Assembly (NCBI GenBank): GCA_951406725.2
Contig: OX597827.1
Span: forward strand, 48,360,001 to 48,424,000
Direction of reading: 5' to 3'
DNA from: Octopus vulgaris
Lineage: Eukaryota
Length of the DNA: 64,000 nucleotides
This document shows, in pieces, positions 55,825 through 64,000 of the stretch (within the stretch, counting starts at the first letter, position 1; each line of letters begins with the position of its first letter). Under the pieces are notes generated by a model, which saw only the letters and a program-made list of their open reading frames with translations, was not told the DNA's origin and made no database searches. A program made the translations under genes and the position numbers.

Positions 55825-56942
55825 CACAAGGTCCAAAATTTGGCGGTGGGGTGGCCAGTTGATTAAATCGACCCCAGTACGTAACTGGTACTTAATTTAT
55901 CGACTCCGAAAGGAAGAAAGGCAATGTCGACCTTGTTGGTATTTGATATCAGAATGTAACGGCAGACGAAGTACCTATTTCTTTACTACCCACAAGGCGC
56001 CCTATATCACTATTATTATTAGGACGGCGAGCTGGCAGAATCGTTAGCACGCGGGGCGAAAGGCTTAGCGGTATTTCGTCTGCCGCTACGTTCTGAGTTC
56101 AAATTCCGCTGAGATCGACTTTGCTTTTCCTACTTTCGGGGTCGATTAAATAAGTAACAGTTACGCACTGAGGTGTATATAATCGATTTAATCCGTTTGT
56201 CTGTCTTTGTTTGTCCTCTCTATATTTAGCCCCTTGTGGGTAGTAAAGAAATAGGTATTTCGTCTGTCATTACGTTGAGTTCAAATCCTGCCGAGTTCGA
56301 CTTTACCTTTCATCTTCTGGGGGTCGATTAAATAAGTACACATTACGCACTGGGTTCGATGTAATCGACTTAACCCTTTGAGCCCTGACCGCCTGAACCT
56401 TATTTGACCATATACCTGGCACTACACCGGTACTCTACTGGTAGAGCGGTTCTACAGTATAGAGAAAAACAAGCCATCCACGGGTAAACATGTGTTATGG
56501 GCTCAAAGGGTTAGTCCCTTCCCCCAAATTTGAGGCCTTGTACTTCCAGTAGAAAGGATTATTATTTTTCGAGTTGCTCCACTCCCATTTCTTCTATAAA
56601 TATTTCTATTATTATTAAAAGGGCGAGCTGACAGAATCGTTAGAACGCCGGGCGAACGATGACCGGTATTTCATTCGTATTCAAGTTCTGATTTCAAATT
56701 CCGCAAAGGTCGACTTTGCCTTTCATCCTTTCGGGGTCGATAAAATAAGTACCAATCGAACACTGGGGTCACTGTGAACGAATCCCACCCCACAAAATTG
56801 CTGGCCTTGTGCCAAAATTTGAAATCAATATTTCTATTATTTATTTATTTATTTTTTGGCGGGGAACTGGCAGAATCATTATCACGCCGGAGAAAGTGCT
56901 TCGCAGCATTTCGTCCGACTTTATGAGTTCAAATTCCGTCGA
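55825..56942. mobile_element. SINE family C cluster (minus 55825-55997; plus 56022-56560, 56620-56830, 56858-56942)
   Basis: Repeated family C heads and cores. Confidence 0.85.
56374..56510. mobile_element. piggyBac-like MITE inserted in SINE C
   Basis: TTAA-CCCTTTGAGCCC..GGGCTCAAAGGG-TTAG. Confidence 0.75.
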
Positions 56943-57639
56943 AGCGTTTAACACGCGGTCCTTAACTTACTCGTTCTCAGAATCCACTTATCGTTACCAA
57001 TCGTTGAATATATACATAAGCAAGCTTCAAAAAATCTTCACCACCAGAACGAGATGCCGATAGCAAATTCAGCAGTAAATTAATATACAGCAGATAATAA
57101 AATTAACGAACATTAGTAAACCTATCAACCACCATTCGGTCATTCTCACTTCTCTTCAGCTCACTGATATCAATCTGTACAGATTGTAAATCAAAGCAGG
57201 AAGACCCATTAAGCTGCACGAAATAGAAAGAGGGAGAGAGAGAGGAAGCAAGCATCAATAAATACATGCATATATACATGCGTACATATACATATACATT
57301 TTCTATGGAAATCATGTGGTGAAATAAATTTTTAACTACACCGCATATAATTCTTTTTTTATTTGGTTTGCTAGATTCTTTATGTGGTTTCGTGTGTCGA
57401 AGCATATTTTATTGTGTCTGGGGAGAGTCATTTTGTTTTAATGCCCTATTAATAAACACATTCACCGGTTTGGTTTCTACTCATTTACTTATTTATTTTT
57501 TCTAAAATTTTTGTTGCATCTTGGAACCTCTTCAATAGTCGTTGACTTTGTCCATTATCGGAGCTGAGTTCTTTTTTATTCGTTTGTTTGTGCGCATGCA
57601 TGTGCGTCAGTGTGCATGTGTATAAACATATGTATGTAT

Positions 57640-58505
57640 GTATCTATGTGTCATTATTCAGTTTATTTCAAGATTTCTTGCAATAAAGAAAGAACCGGTT
57701 TCTAACCTAGATCCAATGTTCCTTCATTGGAATTTCAACAACAACAGCAGGGTATTTTTGCTTGTATGTATGCATGCATGCATGTGTACATGTATGTATG
57801 TATGTATGTATGTATGTATGTATGTATGTATGTATATTCATAGCTGCATGTCTGTGTATTGGAATATCAGCATTAACAACAGTATATTTTTGTATGTATG
57901 TGTGTATGTGCAGAATTGTATGTTTTCTCATGCATATAGTTACATATCTAGGCATGCTCATATATATATATATATATATATATAAATTATAAACTTCTGT
58001 AAAGTTTTACATAATTTTACATATCCAGTGATGGATTGGATCTGTAATCTTCGAATTAGCTTTCTCCTTTCTGATTTGAGAAGCCTAATTCCTCAAGATT
58101 CGTATTTAGACAGTGTGTTACATATCCCAGAGCCCCAAAACTAGCAGGTATAAACCTGAACTTGTAACCTAGATAGAGTAACTCTTGATTTCTCGATAGT
58201 TCAGCATAGGTGTTCTCTTTTTCACTGATCGTCAGCTTTATGTTAACATCCGCTGATCAGCTAATTTCCACAACTGTGCCCAATCTCTGTTCTCTACCCC
58301 AATCATTACATCAGGTCTGTTGTGCTTACATTTTATTGAAGTCTTCACTGGTACATTCCACCACCATTCCTTTTTATTATGAGTAGCTATGGCTTCTACC
58401 ATATTAAGGGTTATTATTTCTTTGTCTTCGGGATTATCCTCCCGACAGATTTCATTATAGAATGTCCTAGCTACTACGTCATGTCGCATCGGCAGATAAA
58501 ATCTT
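57640..58505 (-). mobile_element. R4/Dong-like LINE 3' portion
   Basis: YLPMRHDVVAR..WWWNVPV..KHNRPDVMI and EKENTYAEL motifs of a restriction-like endonuclease; flanked by (TATG)n. Confidence 0.8.
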
Positions 58506-59752
58506 TGTATGTATGTATGTATGTATGTATGTATGTAGAAGAAAACGTATAAGTTTGAGAGCTTATTTAGCAAAATAAAAATATGTATGATAAAACCAAT
58601 GACAACAACAAACAATACGCAAAATAACAACAGAGTAGACTAGTAAAAATTGCATAACAGAAAGAATTTTTAGTATAACTGTGTAAATTTGCAGAATCTG
58701 GAAGCAGACAAATATCCAACAAACAACAATAAACAGATGAAAATTTTCAGAAAAACAAGATGTAATTACAGGAGACAAGAAGACCACCGAAGTAGTCATG
58801 GAATGCTATAAAATGACAATGATTAAAAAGCCATAAATAAACAAACATCAACCAGGATGTAATATTATAATACAGAAAAGAAGACAGAGCTCCAATGAAT
58901 TTGCAAATGAATAGCAACAGCAGCTCTCAGACGAGGCCTCCATAAAACCACTTTATCAAGCGACAAATGACAACAGTAGATGCACAAAAGAGAATGGAGT
59001 TGCTTTCGTGCATATCAACTATTTTGAAAGACAGAGCAAAATCATTTGCTGCGACTCAATACTGGCCTAAATATCAAGCAAATATCGTATACTGTTTATT
59101 GGCATTAGATTATTTTCACACTGAAAATAATCAAACGCCAATAAATAATATACGATAAAACAAGAATTGAATTCTTTTTTGTCTTCTGTGAAGAATATTT
59201 AACATTTGAATGTACAAGCAGCTGTTTTAAAGTGGCTTAGAGAGCAAATTGTAAAGAGATTGTGTCCAGACGTTCAACAGAATATAGCTATGCCATCAAG
59301 AAATCGGTATTTGAAAATGTTTGACCCAAAGGTTGAAGATTATTGAAAACGTGTGATAGAATGCATGTCACTATGAAACATGAACAATGATATATACTCT
59401 TGGTGAACGCTTGACGTCAGAATCTGGAGTTTCCCATCGAGAAATGAATGATTTAACGGATTATGGAGCACAACTTAGAGATATGATAAAGAAGGTAATA
59501 TTTGGAAACTATATCAAGGGAGTCAAAAGCGGGTTACTATCTGTCAAAGAATTATAATGAAGCTAACAGAAAAAGAACCCTCTCCATATGGAAAAACTAC
59601 GTCACCCAACGAAAGCTTCACAAAAAGATAAATGAAAAAAATATGGTGGAAAATGTCGAAAATTGACAATGCAATCAATGAAAAAGGAGTTGATCTAGTA
59701 ATATATTTACCATCGAAGCTGGACACCATTGAAATATTCTAGAACAAACAGT

Positions 59753-59835
59753 CTTCTTCTTCTTCTTCTTCTTCTTCTTCTTCTTCTTCTTCTTCTTCTT
59801 CTTCTTCTTCTTCTTCTTCTTCTTCTTCTTCTTCG

Positions 59836-59873
<38 letters not shown>

Positions 59874-59936
59874 TTCCCCTTCTTCTTCTTCTTCTTCTTC
59901 TTCTTCTTCTTCTTCTTCTTCTTCTTCTTCTTCTTC
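59753..59936. repeat. (GAA)n tract, tail of the adjacent RTE element
   Basis: Abuts the element 3' end. Confidence 0.9.
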
Positions 59937-60635
59937 ATCCTGTTTGCTCCTTGTGGAGCATAGGGCCTCAACAGCTGTTTTCCACTTTTCGCGGTCATTG
60001 GAGTGTTTCTTGGCTGATTCCCATGTCAGACCGGTGGTCCTGAGATCGTCCAAAATGCTCCGCTTCCATGTCTGCTTCGCACATTCTCGCTTCCATTTCC
60101 CCTGCGGGTTCCAGTCAACTGCTTGTCGTGTCACATTTGAGGGTTCTTTCTGCAGTGTGTGTCCGATCTATCTCCATTTCCTTCGTCTAATCTGAACATA
60201 TGGGCTCCTGGTTGGCCCTTTCCCACAAGTCGGTGTTTGGCACTTTGTCGAACCACTTCAGATGGAGGATCTGCCGGAGACATTTGTTGATGAAGGTCTG
60301 GATCATCTTGTAGTTGCTGCAGGAGACTCTCCATGTATCAGAGCCATACAAAAGCACATATTTTACGTTTGAACTAAACGGAGTTTATTTCGAGTTGAGA
60401 TGGCAGTGGTCTTCCATACTGACCGAAGAATAGCGAAGGCTTGCCAACCCTTCTTGCTTCTTGTCGTGATTTCCTCGTCTGATCCACCTGATTTGTGATC
60501 TTGCTACCAAGATAGACAAACTCACCAACGTCCTCCACAGGTGCCCCCTCGATTGTGATTGGCTCTTCCTGCTTGTTGATGATATGCAACACATTTGTCT
60601 TTTCCTGGCTGATCCTCAAGCCCACTCTTTAGCAG
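59937..60635 (-). mobile_element. RTE LINE 3' portion (defective)
   Basis: GLRISQEKT..EDVGEFVYLGS; VLLYGSDTW; RQAVDWNPQGK..TWKR..DREKWK. Confidence 0.85.
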
Positions 60636-60676
60636 ATGGAAATTCAGTTTAATAAATTCAGTGAAACGAAAATATG

Positions 60677-60749
<73 letters not shown>

Positions 60750-60785
60750 TTGTGTGTGTGTGTGTGTGTCTTTGTGTGTGTGTGT

Positions 60786-60819
<34 letters not shown>

Positions 60820-60833
60820 GTATACATATTGTA

Positions 60834-61210
60834 GGCGCAGGGCTGGCTGTGTGGTAAGTGGTAAGAACCACATGGCTTCGGGTTCTGTCCCACTGCGTGG
60901 CACCTTGGGCAATTGTCTTCTACTATAGCCTCGGGCCGATCAAAGCTCTGTGAGTGGATTTGACAGAGGGAAATTGTAAGAAGGCCATTATATGTGTGTG
61001 TATGTGTGAGTGTGTTTGTGTTTGTCCCCCCTCCACCATTGCTTGACAACTGATGTTGGTGTGTTTACGTCCTCGTAACACTAGCGGTTCGGAAAAAGTG
61101 ACCGACAGAAAAAGTACAAGACTTACAAAGAATAAGTCCTAGGGTCAGCTGTTCGACTGAAGGCTATGCTCCAGCATGGCCGCAGTCAAATGACTGAAAC
61201 AAATAAAAGA
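60834..61210 (+). mobile_element. SINE family A
   Basis: Matches family A. Confidence 0.9.
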
Positions 61211-62099
61211 ATACAAAACAAAATTAAAAAGTAAAAGAATGTATATATATAATGACATACACATCTACAGGTACATACGTTAGGTTCAAAAGAAACATCA
61301 AAACTTAAAGTAAAACAGACTTCTAGCTTAGAATACAATGAAGTGCAGACTTATTCATATTCCCCATTATTTTCGTAAAGTATGCATTACTTCGAAGACA
61401 GAGTTGAAATCTTACCTACTAAATCTATCATCTCGAGTTTATTTATTTATTACTTTTTATTAATATATTATTAATTTCGTTGTTTGCTTTGAGCTTGCTT
61501 AATATGATACATATGTTAATATGATACATATAACAAGCTCACCGAGACATCGGATATTTCATAGTGTCACATTGAAAAATGATCGTTGTATTTGTACAAC
61601 TTGAATGTAGAGATGAATGAAGACAGGATGTACATATGCGCATATAATATTAAATATGTGCGTAGGTTGGTGTGTAATTTTACACATTTTATACACACAT
61701 ACAAAACGTATTTTTATCATAATGGCTTTGTGTCTGTATGCCTCGTAAGCAATGTCTTGAGTGCATCTATGCTTGCTGATACAAATATACATGCATATAC
61801 GTATAATATACATACACAGACACACACGCAAGTACGTATGTATGTATATATATTTGTGTGTGTATGTATGGATATACATTCATATATATATATATATATA
61901 TATTGGAAGGTTTGGAGATGATGTACAGGTATTATATATTAGAAAAAATGAGGTAATCAGATCGGATGGTTCATATTTATAGATATTTATTTATATATTA
62001 CATTTTTTACATATATATCATATCATTCAGATCATATCATTCGGATTAGCGCTTTCTCCCAATCGAGTGGACTTTTCAAATCAAATCAATTCCTTGTGG

Positions 62100-62160
<61 letters not shown>

Positions 62161-62460
62161 TATACATATATATATATACATTGTTTAAGTGTCTTCTCCC
62201 CAACAATATTAGTAGCTTTTATTAAGCTCATTGAGACGTTCACACTTGGACACCCAATATCAACTTGAACGTTTCACGCAGAAGGCTGTACACTTATAGC
62301 ACTAACCCAATTATTTATTCATCTATCATCTTCCTTCCATTCTGTCTCTTTCTCTCTCTCTCTCTCTCCCTGTCTCTTTCTATCACTGACAACATATACA
62401 TACATATATATATAAGTCTGCACATACACATATATATTTGTATGTATATATATTTGTGTG

Positions 62461-62504
<44 letters not shown>

Positions 62505-62841
62505 TCCTCTATCTGTCTACTTATTCTTCTATGTAACTTTTTATCTCATTATCCATCCATCTAAAGATGTAACAAGGGTTATGATTTTATAGATATTTTA
62601 AAGAATAACATTGAACCAATTACGGATATGGTGAGATAAAAATAGTCGAATAAGCTTTCGAGCGTTAAACTGCCTGGTTGCTAGACATTCCCTATATATT
62701 AAGACGTCATCTATAGACCTTTCTATCTCTCTTCTATCCAATCTACCAATGTACGATCTTAGATCTTTCTGTGATATATATATACTCTCTTTTACTTGTT
62801 TCAGTCATTTGACTGCGGCCTTGCTGGAGCACCGTCTTTTA

Positions 62842-62909
<68 letters not shown>

Positions 62910-62923
62910 AAACTTAGAAAAAC

Positions 62924-64000
62924 TTATATATGTTTCGACCAAAGATTGGTCCAGGCCATGTCTAACTTAATAGCACCACCTGATAGGATTATTCGAATCC
63001 TGTTTAAGTCAAGTTTCGTTTGAGTCAAGTTTTGTTCAAGTAGTGAGTTCTTGTTGGGTGAGTTGTATCCAATTATGGCTGGCTTATCTGGTATTCTTTG
63101 AAGGAATTTATCCAGACTCCGTTTAAAGTTGATGGGATCCTTTTCCTCTTTGATCTCCCTCGGGACAATGTTAAATAGGGCAGGGCCTGTTGAGGAAAAT
63201 AAATTATGTTGCAGTGTACATGTATGTTGTGATCTTGAATTGGGCAGGGGACGTATGGCCCGTGGTCCCAGTCTTGGATGAACCTTGAAGCTAATGTTAA
63301 GGTCGTTTGGACAAAGTTGGCGATATATTCTCCACATTGTACAAATGATGTACCGCTCACTGCGACGCTGGTGGGAGTAAAGTTTCAAGGCTTTAAGGCG
63401 ATCCCAATAATCGAGAGCAGCCATGCCTTCAATTCGTTTAGTGAGTGCCCTCTGGGGTGACTCAATTTTGGAGATGTTTTGTCTTGCATGGGGAGACCAC
63501 AGTGGGCAGCAGTATTCAAGGTGTGGCCGTACAAAGGAGGAAAAAAGTGGTATGATGACACTTTGTTCTCTGGACCGGAAAGTTCTTAAGATCCAGGAAC
63601 TCATCCTACGAGCTATATCGACCTTCTTGTTGATGTGTGCACTCCAACTGAGATTGTCATCAACAATTACACCCAGGTCTCTGATATTGTTAGAGGCTGT
63701 GATCGGTTCCCCTGAAGGAAGAGAGTATGGTTGTTTTAGTGAGGAATTTCTTCCAAAATGCATCAGCTCAAATTTTCCCTCATTCAGTTGCATTTTGTTT
63801 CTGTCTGCCCATTGACTCACAGAATATAGGTCAGACTGGAGTTGAGTTCGGTCTGCTTCTTCATTGACGATTTGCTGGAGCTTAGTGTCATCAGCAAAAA
63901 TTTTCACTTTGCAGTAATGTACAACACTGGAAAGGTCGTTTATGTAAATTATGAAGGGTAGCGGACCCAAAACAGTCGCCTGGGGAACACCGCTGGTGAC
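62924..64000 (-). CDS. CR1-clade LINE reverse transcriptase, C-terminal part (open at window edge)
   Basis: SGVPQATVLGPL.F..YINDL, FADDTKL, RDLGV, VRPHLEYC..WSP; uninterrupted frame. Confidence 0.9.
   Translation of the reverse strand, partial: VTSGVPQATVLGPLPFIIYINDLSSVVHYCKVKIFADDTKLQQIVNEEADRTQLQSDLYSVSQWADRNKMQLNEGKFELMHFGRNSSLKQPYSLPSGEPITASNNIRDLGVIVDDNLSWSAHINKKVDIARRMSSWILRTFRSREQSVIIPLFSSFVRPHLEYCCPLWSPHARQNISKIESPQRALTKRIEGMAALDYWDRLKALKLYSHQRRSERYIICTMWRIYRQLCPNDLNISFKVHPRLGPRAIRPLPNSRSQHTCTLQHNLFSSTGPALFNIVPREIKEEKDPINFKRSLDKFLQRIPDKPAIIGYNSPNKNSLLEQNLTQTKLDLNRIRIILSGGAIKLDMAWTNLWSKHI

Noticed and set aside
59675-60043. Poly-K/poly-L/poly-E ORFs
   Set aside because: (GAA)n LINE tail

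Overview
AT-rich, microsatellite-dense eukaryotic DNA. No host protein-coding exon could be supported. The SINE families and repeat landscape suggest an octopod (Octopus-like) genome; this is an inference. Most ORFs in the track are translations of (TA)n/(CA)n repeats. Conventional content: three tRNA-type SINE families, Tc1/mariner fossils (DD41D rosa-like, DD37D maT-like, mariner), hAT/piggyBac/fold-back MITEs, a Helentron-like element, a probable BEL/Pao 3' end, and RTE, R4-like and CR1 LINE fragments. The main unexplained signal is about a dozen type I hammerhead ribozyme (HHR) motifs, intact or decayed, in unrelated repeats next to (TA)n tracts. The clearest case is a 534-bp x3 non-coding tandem array (13630-15228) with one HHR per unit and an inverted terminal piece, resembling a retrozyme or Penelope-like element (PLE) derivative. 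One HHR repeat still carries a PLE-like endonuclease C-terminus. Two near-perfect fold-back duplications are centred on (TA)n. All folds and alignments were done by eye, and coordinates of degenerate repeats are approximate.
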